From Amoebophrya sp. A120 (lineage: Eukaryota; Protista; Dinoflagellata), in assembly GCA_905178155.1 (NCBI GenBank), contig CAJINV010000016.1, positions 644,259 to 708,258 of the forward strand: a stretch of 64,000 nt of DNA. The letters run 5' to 3'. Positions 47,901 to 59,900 of the stretch are shown one piece after another. The notes under the pieces were generated by a model. It was given only the letters and a program-made list of their open reading frames with translations. It was not told the origin of the DNA and did no database searches. The number at the start of each line of letters is the position of its first letter. Positions within the stretch are counted from its first letter, which is position 1. The translations under genes were made by a program, and so were the position numbers.

Positions 47901-50900
47901 TAATTACTTGCTCTGGCATGTTGTTGATGCCGTGTGCCTGAGTAAGTGTACAGCGGACCACAGCGACATTCACGACCTACTTCATCAGGTCCGAGTGCAC
48001 CAGCTGGTGTGCCGACGCTCTGTGCCTACCAAAGAGCTACAGCTGATGAAGAGATTGCAGAGAAGAAAACTACCGGTGTTGGTCCTCATGGTGCAACGGC
48101 AGGATCTTCGGCTATCAAAAGGAAAAATCCCCCCTCCCCATATCGAAAACGAAACTTCTGATGCTGGATTTGAGTACACAAATCAGAATTGTCTTGCTGA
48201 AGAGGACTGCGGGCCCGCATCAATCCTGAATAGAGAGGCTTTGGCTTAGGCACTTAGCATGAAAAACGTCTGCGCTGTCGGTCAAACAGCATTACAAACC
48301 GCCTGAATAATGCGGCGGAGCCTGTGGAATTGCCTTCTTGCAAGACAGAGATCATTTGGGGTCGCAAATCAGCATTGCAAATTTTCTGCGACGTACCTTT
48401 TCGATATGGGGAGGGGGAATTTTTGCCCGCGATATCGGCGAGAAGTTCCTTTGGGGATCATCCCGGAGAACAAGAGCAGCAGCAGCAGAATTACAACGGA
48501 CGCAGTTCTTGTTTCCGAACGCGCAGCGGCCAAGGTAGGAATTACAACCAGAACGGGTACGGGAATGGGAATTCTGGTGCCACCTATCTATCGCAGAACT
48601 CATCTCACAGAACTACCGGGATGATGGACAAGGTACGGGTACTACTATTAGCCGTGAGCAACTTGGTACGGTTATGCAATTTTCATTCTGGTCGCCCCGT
48701 CTTGTCGATCCGGAGGTTCGTGCTGTTTCGAGGATCTGTATCTGATGAATGTAAAAATTCAAATCCAAATACAGCCCGTGTCCAACAGCAACGAAGCAGG
48801 CTTTACTTCCCGCTCTGAAGACCACTACACTCAGCGCAATTATCATCAGCCAGCTCGTTTCCATCCGCGGACAACCGGTGCCACCAGCAGCAGCGCGTCT
48901 TCTGCGGCAGGGAATCATCCTAACATGAGTCGAGTCTTCAGCACGCCGATGAAATCCGGTGGTCCAGCTTCACGTCAAAACACTGCTGCCTCCAAAAATC
49001 GTGATGAACAAGATGTTGACAAAAATCTCTACCGTGAGTTTTCGCCGAAGTCCAAGTGTGAGCAGCAGAGAGGCGCCGGGGTGGGAAGTACTACGAGTGG
49101 GTCGTTGTCCAATGCGGCCGGTAGAAGTGAGCGAGAGCTGGCGCACGACCCAGATCGCAATCTCTACGCGCCAAAGCACGGAGCGACGACTGATCGCGGA
49201 GGTGGATGCAGTGGTGCTTCGGCTTCGACCGGTGCTGGCGCTAGGTCTACTACTTTCCAGCAAAATAATGCAGCGGGTCGTGCAGGGATTGCAATTGCAT
49301 CTGCAACTTCTTCTCGACGTGGATATCTGGATAATTCTGAGCAGCAATCCAGTCAATCGAACCTCCAGAACGAGCCGAAAAATTCTTGCCACAACACGAC
49401 GACACTGCTCTCGACGTCTCTCATCGCTTCCGCGCCGACCGAAAACTTGCAGCACCATTTGCTTCAGTTCCAAACGTTTGAGCTGACGTTTCCAAAGCAC
49501 AGGGCTCCCTTACCGACTCACCCAACTTTCAAACGGATTTTTATGCGGGACGAGCAGGACAACAGCAAGATTTTGTCGGATTCGGAGATTTGCTCTATCG
49601 CGCAAAGTGAGCCGGAAGTGTTGCAGTGGGTCCTGTACCAGGCGGCGGTGAAGGGGGTTATATGCACTGCAAAAGTGTCTGGGTCTGGAAGGTTGGAACT
49701 TGTCATGCTAAATCTGAATCACGCAAAAATCTGTGTTGCATGAAGATTGCCAAATGCTGCCCACTTTTGATCAAGTTGAGAGGCAGTTTCTCATGCAAGA
49801 TAGGCATGGTAGTGATCTCACGGAATCTGGCATGCTAGGTCCTCCATTACAGATCATATGGGTCATGGAAAACCTGCATGACAAGTCGAGCAAAGTTCCA
49901 GACCCAGACACTTTTGCATTTGATAGGTTACTATGCGGGAGAACTCGGGTTCGGTCGGCTTGCCGGAAAGAAATTTGACGTCTCTCACTGCTCCTGGAGC
50001 ACGCAGTCACACATCGGGAAAAGTGGAATCTAGCACGGGAGCACGCACTGGAAGTGCAGAAAAGGAGGCAAGAACTGCGGTAGAGGACAAGGAGAAAATC
50101 GATACAAATTCATCTTCGTTGGCACCCTCTTCTTCAAAACAAAAATTCCAAGCGTTTCCGACTTTTTTCGAAGATGAACGGGTAGAGGCGGTGATGCAGG
50201 CCCTGATTCGCTCCTCGGAGACTGCGTTCTTTGACCTTGCGGTAAGTGCTTACCACTTCGAGGTGTACTTTCGCTGCTTTCGCTGTTTTGATCATGCGCA
50301 ACATTCTTTGGAAAGCACATGACTATGACAGCATTCATTTCCTAATTGCGATTTTGCATCATTTCTAAATCTTTGTTAAAACTCAGTCCGGCGACCGTCA
50401 GCAGGTTGTCGGCCGGCGGAACAACTTACTGCAACTCATCTTGGACATAATCGTTGTGCAGAACCGGAAAGACGATCTGCGTCACTTACTGCAAGACTTG
50501 CGGAAGCGGTTGCTGCAGCTTTCCAAGCAGGAGTACGCGGCGAGGACCATACAGAAGCTGATCGAGTGCGTGGGGCTGGTCACCGAGAAGAGCTTGGCTG
50601 CAACTTCTACTTCTTCTCATGCAGGAACGTCAAATAGAGAGGAGATACCAGCCGGCATGCAGAAACTATCAACAGAAGAAGCAGAGCAGCCGGGCTTCTT
50701 CATGGATTTCCTGAAAGAGTGCATCGACCAGGAGGTTGTAGAGGGGATGTTGATGACTATCGGGGGGTTATCAACAACATCTTCTTTGTCAACATGCGGG
50801 GGACCACAGGCACTAGAGAAGAAGAACAAGATCCGCATTGCCAATTGCCTCATGGTGAATGAGCACGGTATAATAGTACAGTTTGCTCCTTTTCAGCAAC

Positions 50901-53900
50901 GTTCCTTTTGTTGAAACCTCTCGGGCCCGCTTTACAGACAGGGGAAGAAAGTTTGATATTTCTTCTATTAATAGATTGATTCGTACTGCGTTGATCTTCT
51001 TTGCAAAACAACTACAATAAAAAGGTCACCACATCCTGCAGCGTATCGGGCGGCTTTATGCGGAATCCGAGTTGATCCGGCAACACCTGCCCGCGCACCA
51101 AGAGGGCAGTTACCTGGTGGACTACATGAAGGATACTGTCGCCTACCTCTCGAAGGACAAAAATGCCTGTTGCTACCTCCAGAAAATCTGCGCCTCGGTC
51201 GCGACGGAGGCGCAAAAGCAGTGGATCGAGCGGGAAATCTTGGGTGATTGGCTCGCGATTTGCCAAAGCGAGTACGGAAACTACGTAGTGCAGAACCATT
51301 TGGAATTGCGGGGGAAGGAGATGATGGCACTTTTCATCTCGCAGGATAGGAACTACAAAAGTTCTTGTTCATCCTCTTCTACCACTTCGTTGGAGAAGGA
51401 GGAGGCGCAGAGGACGACCACGGAGACCACAAATAAATCCGGGCCAGACGAGGCGGAGCAAAGCTGCACATCATCTCAAAAGGGAGCTGCATCAAGTTAT
51501 ACGATCTCAACTTCGTCAAGCTACTTCGCCAGGGAGCTGGTGGACAAGATTTTGAACGGGAGTGGTATGGAGAACATGAAGGTGCCTGCTCCGCGTGGTC
51601 GTGTGCAGCAGGGTTCCCCCATGGAAGGACAACCAAGCCAGCTTGGTTCCTCGTCAAGTGGATTTTTAACATGTCACCATCCACAACAGCGCAACCTGTT
51701 CCACACCCTGGCCTTTCAGAAAGCGAGCTCCAATGTGCTAGAGAAATTGCTGGAGAATTTACCGCCAGTTTTTACAACCGCACATGAAGTGGATGAGCAG
51801 GATGATCTCCTTACCCAACTAGTTCTCCACGGTTTCTTCGCGCATCTGGTGAATGCGGACGATGTTTTTGGGAACAGGAAAAACAGCAGCACAATAGAAT
51901 CTGCGACACAGCAGGGAGTTCTTGCACAGGAGCAAGCAGCGTCAACACAATCATACGCTTTGATGTCATCTTCAGCACAAAGTACAACATCAAACAGAAA
52001 GCAGCGGGCAAACGAGCTTTTCTACGAGTATTTCTCCAACAGCTACAGCAATTACGTGTTGCAGAAATTGCTGAAAATCTTGGCATATCAGATGTAAAAA
52101 TGTCTGGGCCTGGAAGAGTGCGCGATTTGTCATGCAGCTTTTCCATGACCCATGAGGTCTGGAATGCAGGACCTAGCATGACAGATTCTGTGCGATCTCT
52201 CTCATGTCTATCCTGCGCGAGAAACTCCCTCCCGACTTGGTCAAAACTAGACGACTTTTGGTAATCATGCAACACAGATTTTTGCGTGCTTCAGATTTAG
52301 CATGACGCGTTGCATTCTTCCAGACCCAGACATTTTTACATTTGATATGGCAGGAGCGGCTGCATCGTCTGGAACGTCATCCGCTTCGAAAAATATGAAT
52401 AAGGAACCAAACGCAAACCACCACGAAGTTCTCTTCCAGTTCCTCATGAAGAATTTCGTCGTTCCCTGCGTCTATTCCGAGTACGAAAGCGCGACGTGGA
52501 ATTACGAGGAAAATTTGTGGAATTTGAAGTCCGTGTCCACGAAGCTTGTCCGGAGTTACGGTGTTTTTTTCTCGGTAGATTTAATCAACAACTGCCAGAA
52601 GATTCACCACGCGCAGGCGCGAAAACGGCGGGAACAGGAGGGTGTAATTGCGGCTGCGATGGGGCCGTCGTACTATGGTAGCGGCGGTGGTGGTGGGCGT
52701 GGTCGTGGAGATCAACACAGCGGTCCTTCTGCTGGGGGTCAACAACATCTTCGCAACTACACGGGTGCTGCCACCGCAAGCCAACATGGTTATCAAAACC
52801 GTCATCGACCACAGTATGCTCACGCGAGTAGCAGTTTCGGAGTGGTCGCAGGCAGTGCAGCTATGGCGGGAGCCGGGCCTGCATCCACTCTGGGCACCAG
52901 CGGGCAACATGTCGGAGGAGGAGGAGGGGGACATCACGGGAGAAGTAGTGGCAACATGGTAGGGGCAGGAGGATCTACTACTTCCCTAGGAGCTTCTGGA
53001 TATGGACAAGCATACCATCACAATTCCGCTACATCCACCTCGGCTCAGCACAATTTTTACCACCACCATCATCACAGAGGAGGTGCTCAATCCGCCATTG
53101 GCTGCAGTGCTGGAACTGCAAGTAGCAACAGATACAGCACCCGGGGAGGAGGTAGTTCCGGGGCAGCCGCGCCAGGTGGAACATCAAGCCTATGAAATGT
53201 AAAAGTGTCTGGGTCTGGAAGAATGCGCGATTTGTCATGCAGCTTTTTCATGACCCATGAGGTCTGGAATGCAGGCCCTAGCATGACAGATTCTGTGCGA
53301 TCTTTCTCATGCCTATCCTGCATGAGAATCTGCCTCCCGACTTGGTCAAAACTGGACGACTTTTGGTAATCATGCAACACAGATTTTTGCATGCTTCAGA
53401 TTTAGCATGACAAGTTGCATTCTTCCAGACCCGGACATTTTTACATTTGATAAAGCCAACTACAGCACCACTATCTGCAGCAGCAGCTGAGGAATCTGCA
53501 GAATTGTAACACTTCGTCTTCTGGTTCTGTGTTCCACCGGGGTGGAGGTGGTAGTACTAGCAGCAACTTGCATGCGATGCAAAACTGGGACCACAACCCG
53601 CGGGAACATCACCAGTCTGATTTTTACCAACAACCAAAATCCTACTACGGGCACGGCAACAATAACATCAGCCAGAGCTCCTGCAGAACTACTACGGGGG
53701 GCAGTTTTCTTAATATCAAAAGGAAAAATCCCCCCACCCCATATCAAAAAGAAGTTTCTGATGCTGGATTTCAGTACACAAATCAGATTTGTCTTGCAGT
53801 AGAGGGCTGCAGGCATATGCCCAGCCTGAGCCGCAATGTTTTGGCGTAGGCTCCTAGCATGAAAAACGTTGATGGTGTAGGCCCAACAGCATCACAAACC

Positions 53901-54379
53901 GCCCGCATAATGTGGCGGATTCTCTGGATTTGCCTGCATGCAAGACAGACTGGATTTGTGACCACAAATCAGCATTACAAATTTCGAAAAGCACACCTTT
54001 TCAATATGGGGAGGGGGGATTTTTCCCCACAATACTTAATACTTTCTCGGGCAGCTGCAGTAGTTCACGCAGCGCGATCGGAGGAACGTCTAGTAACCAG
54101 AACCACCAGGAGCAGCTCGTCCAGTATAATTTCTCTACTGACGGCGGCAACGGTTCTTACAAACAGGACGCTAGTTGTCAACAACATTCTACGACGAGCT
54201 GCAACCTGATCGAGCAGCATCAAGGTAGTTCGAACCAATTTCATTCACACATGATGGTCAACGGAGTGGGGAAAGCGAACTACTACAACAACGGGAATGC
54301 AATGCACAGCGAGAGTTTGTCCGCGGTCCATCTCCAAAATCAGATGAGTATCCAGCGAAATATTAACCAGATACGGTAG
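44925..54379 (+). CDS. Pumilio/PUF-family RNA-binding protein with long Q/N/S/G-rich disordered regions
   Basis: PUF-like repeats LLQLSKQEYAARTIQKLIE, LSKDKNACCYLQKI, ICQSEYGNYVVQNHLE, LAFQKASSNVLEKLLE and FSNSYSNYVLQKLLK; exons joined across 6 introners and GT-AG introns. Confidence 0.82.
46651..46971. mobile_element. Introner, family C
   Basis: TIR core AGGAAAAAT.CCCCCTCCCCATATC; DR CTGCA. Confidence 0.92.
48113..48434. mobile_element. Introner, family C (opposite orientation to 46651)
   Basis: Family C TIR; DR TCGGC. Confidence 0.92.
49661..49925. mobile_element. Introner, family A
   Basis: Family A TIR; DR GGTTA. Confidence 0.93.
52086..52347. mobile_element. Introner, family A
   Basis: Family A TIR; DR TGGCA; joins KILA|GAAA. 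Confidence 0.93.
53191..53452. mobile_element. Introner, family A
   Basis: Family A TIR; DR AAGCC; nearly identical to 52086-52347. Confidence 0.93.
53714..54034. mobile_element. Introner, family C
   Basis: Family C TIR; DR CTTAA. Confidence 0.92.
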
Positions 54380-55049
54380 CAGGAGCAGGAGGTCGCTTGT
54401 GAGGAGTGGAAATTATGGGTAAAGCGATGTTGACCAACATCCCGGATAAAGATCCACGACTCCGGATTGCTCTGTCTCCAAGATGAAACTGTGTCATTGA
54501 GAAGCAGAGGGAGACACGCTGTCCTTTGGCAGTAGCAAATTTATTGTGTAAGATAGTAAGATAGGCCGAAGTAGCAATAGCAAGAAGAAGCACTCTCCTG
54601 ACCAGTAAGGAGTAGAACCAAAAATTACGATGCGTGTATGATTGGCAGTGAAATAAAAAACAACGACCGAGAAAACAAGCACTTACTACCTGTATAATGA
54701 AGAGAAAATAAGTCACAATTTAAAAGTCTCATGCTTTCATAGGAGCTTTTTTCGTTTTCAGTTTTGACAATTTTGCCGAACAAGTTCATGGAGTATCAAT
54801 TTGTGTGCAGCTGCAGTGGCACTCACACGAACAAGATGAAAAATCATAATAGCGAGCTACTGCATGCATTTTCATTCTCTTCAAGTCGACCGACCGAGTG
54901 GTCAACAGTGAGTATAACAGCAATTGATGACAGAGGTACTTTTGGGGGAACGCACAGCTAAGTCATCTCAGTACTTAGTAGATTTTTCATATTAGCACGG
55001 ACAAAAGTTAAAATAATTCTGCATAGTCCTTCTTTCTGCGACCATTTTT

Positions 55050-56078
55050 TTGACGCCGAACCGCTGCTGCGCCGCGCCCGAGTGCAAGTTCTCCGTACCG
55101 GGGAAGCGCGCCGGCGAGAGCGTCAACTACGCACGGGACTACGACTCGCGACCGATCTCCACCAACGCGGACTACCGCATGTACGAGGTCCGACACCACG
55201 AGAACGCCTGCCCCCTGGTGCAACAAGTCAGTGCGAAACGGTGGCCGGCCACCACGCTGGCGGACACTGACCTAAACGTCACGGGGGAAGTGCGCCGTGC
55301 AGTAGAGGCGTGCACAGGGGAGCTCGATAAGAAGGGTAAGCCCACGGAGATTGCAAAGCTAATCGACTTCACCGGGCAGGCGAACATCTTGCGCGAGATC
55401 GAAACCCCAGAGCAGCCCGCGCAGGACCTCCAGACTGAGTATTGCAACATTGTGAGAGAGGTCTGCAGCTGGTCGGACTTCGACATCACGCCGGACCTTC
55501 CGAACCTGCCCGAGCTGTACGCGGACTCCACGTTGCCCCGCCCCCGCAGCTGGCGGATCCGCGAGATCAGGTGTGCGTGCATCCCCTGTCTCCGAACAAA
55601 CTCGCTTAGGCCGAAGAAGCTTGGCTCACTCCGCCTCGCGTTCATCCACATGCGAGTCAACCAGCAGCAGGCCACAGAGGAAAAGTTTGCGGCGGCGTTT
55701 GCACCCCCGCCCCCGCCACCGCAGCCACAAAGACCGCTGCCAAAGCGCAAGCACAATGACACCCCGCCGCGGGTCAAGCAGGCGCTCGAGCTGCGGGGGG
55801 CAAGCAAGTCCCTCCCGGCGGGGGTCACTTACAACAAGAAAACGCAGAAGCTGTTAGTGACGGTCCGAGTGAAGATGGACGACGACGGGGAGACCTACCC
55901 ACTGAGCAAAGTGGTCGACCCGGAATTGTCCGCAACGGCCGAGGAGGCGCTGGAGGCCGCACAGCAAGCCCGCAAGGACGTGCTTGCGAACTACCGCGAG
56001 CGGGTCGACGCCATCCGGGCGCAACGCGCGCAGCGAGCTGAGGCCCCCGCCCCGCCGCTCGGGGGTCTCGCACAATGA
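55050..56078 (+). CDS. Intronless GC-rich ORF with Cys motifs and a C-terminal AP2-like DNA-binding domain; possible mobile-element-derived gene or fragment
   Basis: 342-codon open frame; RCACIPC motif; LPAGVTYNKKTQKLLVTV...AEEALEAAQQAR resembles the AP2 three-strand-plus-helix pattern; listed start is TTG. Confidence 0.5.
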   Translation: MTPNRCCAAPECKFSVPGKRAGESVNYARDYDSRPISTNADYRMYEVRHHENACPLVQQVSAKRWPATTLADTDLNVTGEVRRAVEACTGELDKKGKPTEIAKLIDFTGQANILREIETPEQPAQDLQTEYCNIVREVCSWSDFDITPDLPNLPELYADSTLPRPRSWRIREIRCACIPCLRTNSLRPKKLGSLRLAFIHMRVNQQQATEEKFAAAFAPPPPPPQPQRPLPKRKHNDTPPRVKQALELRGASKSLPAGVTYNKKTQKLLVTVRVKMDDDGETYPLSKVVDPELSATAEEALEAAQQARKDVLANYRERVDAIRAQRAQRAEAPAPPLGGLAQ

Positions 56079-56977
56079 AGTCGAAGAAAGGAAAGAATTT
56101 GTTCTGAAATTGAAATCAAGAGGTTCTTCACGGTGAAGTTCCTCAAATAGACTCCTCATTTTGAGTAGAAGTCTCGCGTACTAAACGCGAACACTGTAAA
56201 CTGTAAACTGTAAATGGCTCTGATTCGCATTTCGGATAGAGCATCAAGTTTTAGCGTATGCCGGGTTGGTTCCAGAATACTGTGGAAGTCCTCGGTAAGA
56301 GCGGTCTACTTTCCCAGGATCAAGAAAGAAACTGAAGTTTACAGGTCTCGAGTTCGAGAAAAAAAAAAGCAGTGTTGCGCAGACTGTCCTACTTCTCGTG
56401 GGGCAGCTGCAGGCTGTCCTGGTTTCTTTAGTTTTAAGTACATTCATTCAGCGTCCGCGTTCTTCTCCAATAGGGCCATGCACGAGCAGCTGCCTAGAGG
56501 ATCTTCATTTGACCACACAATGTAGAGGCCCAAAACCAAAAGTAGTTGCAGGATCCATTTACAAGTCTATCGAAGCAGTATGAAGCAACGCATTTTTGTT
56601 TCCAACGCAGAAGAAGATCCGCCTCCGAGCCTCACAACTTGCTTACTGCTTGGATTTGCGAACGATCTGGTGTCAGTCTGTTATTTTGATGAACACAACT
56701 ACTTTATCCGCCATTTTACTAGTTTTGAAGCGAAAAACAAAGATCACGTGAGCTTTCTATCGAGTAAGGAAACTTCTCTCAAAACAACGTAAAATAAAAG
56801 CACATCAAATAACTTGTGTTGGTCACTAGACAAGTATAGGAGACGAAGCGCGATAGTACAGCGAGCAATTATCAAGCTCGTAAGCACGCCCGTTTTACTC
56901 TACGCAGTACAACGAGCCCGTTGTTTCCACCTAAGCTACTCACAGTATCCTCAACACCACCGAAAAAGAAAAGAGCC

Positions 56978-59900
56978 ATGGATGTCACGCTGGAGAATTT
57001 CGATCAGCTCTTGCCGGTCATCGAGCAAGAAATCGAGGCTGCGGACTATATCAGCATCGATTTGGAGATGACGGGAATCCGCAACCCGAGTGAAAAACCG
57101 AGCTATTTTCTGGACTTGCCCAACATTTTGTACAAGAAGAATCGGGAGATCGTGAACGCCTTTGACATCATGCAGATCGGGATCTGTTGCGTGAAAAAGC
57201 AGAAACATGATACGGCAACCGGTCGTACTTCAGGTGGAAGTCCATCAAGCAAAAATTCCCGTGACAACTCACCTTCGTACAAGCTCACGCCCTTCAACTT
57301 TTATGTGTTAAAACGATCCATAGACCGGATCCAGAAGACCCTGGTGACGTTGGACACGGAAACGCTGATGTTTCACACGGAAAACAAGTTCGACTTCCAA
57401 AAGTGGCTGCAGTTTGGGATCGGGTTTTGCGACTCCAAAATCGAGGAAATGCTGATGGCGCAGTTCCGGCAGGAGGCGGCGTCGTTCCAGAGCATGAGCG
57501 AGGCGCTGGCGGGGTTATCCAAAGATGCAAAGAATAATGAATATCGACGCAATTTGACGTTATTATTGACGGACCTGCTCTTGTAAGTACATGCTTTATT
57601 CCAGGATCTTCCCACTTTGCAACTAGAGCTAGACCACACAAATTATTTCGGTCTGTCTGTCGTGCAGCGAAGATATAACTCAGCATGCAAAACCGCACAA
57701 GAAGAAATAGTTTTCTCACGAATAAGTAAGTGGGTGTGTCTGCTCGTCACGTATGCAGATGTTCTCGTCTTTATGCGATATTGATAGGGGGTTTTTCGAA
57801 AATTCCATATGCTACAGCCCAGAACAACAAGAAGCAAGACTTTAACGTCGGTGGCGGAATCACGTTGGAACGGAAGGATGACCGCGACTGGTTCGAAAAT
57901 CTGTGGACCAGCGAGATCAAGCCTTTCTTCGACAAGGAGAACAGCAAGACCAACCTATCAAATGTAAAAATGTCTGGGTCTGGAAGAATGCAACTTGTCA
58001 TGCTAAATCTGAAGAATGCAAAAATCTGTGTTGCATGATTACCAAAAGTCGTCCAATTCTGACCAAGTCGGGAGGGAGTTTCTCATGCAGGATAGGCATG
58101 AGAGAGATCGCACAGAATCTGTCATGCTAGGTCCTGCATTCCAAACCTCAGGGGTCATGGAAAAGCTGCATGACAAATCGCGCATTCTTCCAGACCCAGA
58201 CACTTTTGCATCTGATACAACCCGGAGGAAAACAAGTTCAAGCTGCCCAACATGAACGCGTTTTATCCTGAGTAAAAACGTCCCCAGAGTCAACCTGGGG
58301 ATTTTGCAACACAAACCTAGAAGTTTTGGGACTCACGCAACACAAGTTGCAGTCCGTAGTGTAGTGCAGGTTAGCAACGACAAACGCATCACAAATCCAT
58401 CTGCTTATCCTGGTTACAGCATTACAAATCGCAAAACATGACTAGAAACGCCTCTCATGGACGAGATGCGCAATACAAATGTTCCTGTCATTGCAAATCT
58501 GCATCACAACTCTGGGGTTGTAGGGACGGTTTTACAAATGATACGTTTCGCGCCAAGTTTATCCGCCAGCAACTGGCGCGGCAGTATCCGGACTCCTACG
58601 TCGACTCCTACACCGATTCGCAAGCGCAGTATGCGTATCAAATGCAAATATCGATCTGGGTCTGGAAGGATGCGAGGTTTGTCATGCGCATTTTGCATGG
58701 CCCCTAATGTCCTCTGTGATGCATTCCCTAGCATCACAGATTTTGTGATGGCTTTCTGATGCCTAGACTGCATGAGAAATGCCCTCTCGCCGTCGCAAAA
58801 ACTGGACCTCTTTTGCTGTTCGTGCAACACAGAGTTTTGTAGAATCCAGATGCAGCTGCATCACAAGTTGCATCCGTCCAGACCCAGATCGATATTTGTA
58901 ATGCATAACGCGCAAACGCAGAGGGTAGTGTACCGATCCGTCACCTTGCAGGAGAAGGAGAAGCTGGAAAAGGAGAAGACGGACCGGGAAGTGCGGAAAT
59001 TCGAAGAGCGGAAAAAATCTATCACACAGAAAATGTTGAAAATGATTGAGAAGTTTGTGCTAGTCCGTTTTGGAATACTATTTGATTATTCCTCGCTCTC
59101 GAATTTCAATTTTGTTTTGGTGCGCCGCTACGGCGCACCAACTTTGTTGCGGCGCAACGACCTTTCTGGTGCCTATCAGATGCCCGGCGCAAGAACTGTG
59201 TCCGGCGCTTATCTCTCTGTCCGGCGCCCAGTGTCTAGCGCCTATTTATTTATGTCCTGCGTCTGTTTTTCATTTTCTGGCGCCTCGCTTCCGGCCGCCT
59301 TATTTTCCTAGCGCCAGCCTTTTTAGTGTCCGGCCTCTTTTTCTCTAGCCATGTGCGGCGCCTTTTGTCCTCGCGCCTCCTTTGTTGGCCTCGCCTGGCG
59401 CTCGTTTGTCCGGCCCCTTTTTAATACCTGGCTGGCCATCCAATGCCCGGCGCCTTTTTTCTTCTGGCGCCTCTATCATCCTAGGCCGCCAGTTTTCATG
59501 TTCGGTGATGAGAGCACCGCGCAGAACCGATTGGTTTGTCGGATCGTCGGGGTTTTTCCCTATACCTGTTTTATACAATTTTTCTTTTGGAGGTCACTAG
59601 CACTGGCCTAAAAGTAAAATTCGAGATTTCAAGAAGTAGACAAAAGGGGCGGGCGAGCAAAAATTATATAAGCCTTTTCATCGCAAGAGTTCCATATCCC
59701 ACCTCCGCGCGCGCGTCGGGTTCCGGCACATTTGGTCAAAAATCAAGCTGAATGGCTGCCCGGTGATACTCCACAATGGGTTTTTCGACTTGCTTTTCCT
59801 GTTTCACAACCTCGAAACCCCGTTGCCCACTATCAAGTGCAAAAATGTCTGGGTCTGGAAGAGTGTAGGCTTGTCATGCAGATTTTCCATGACCCATGAG

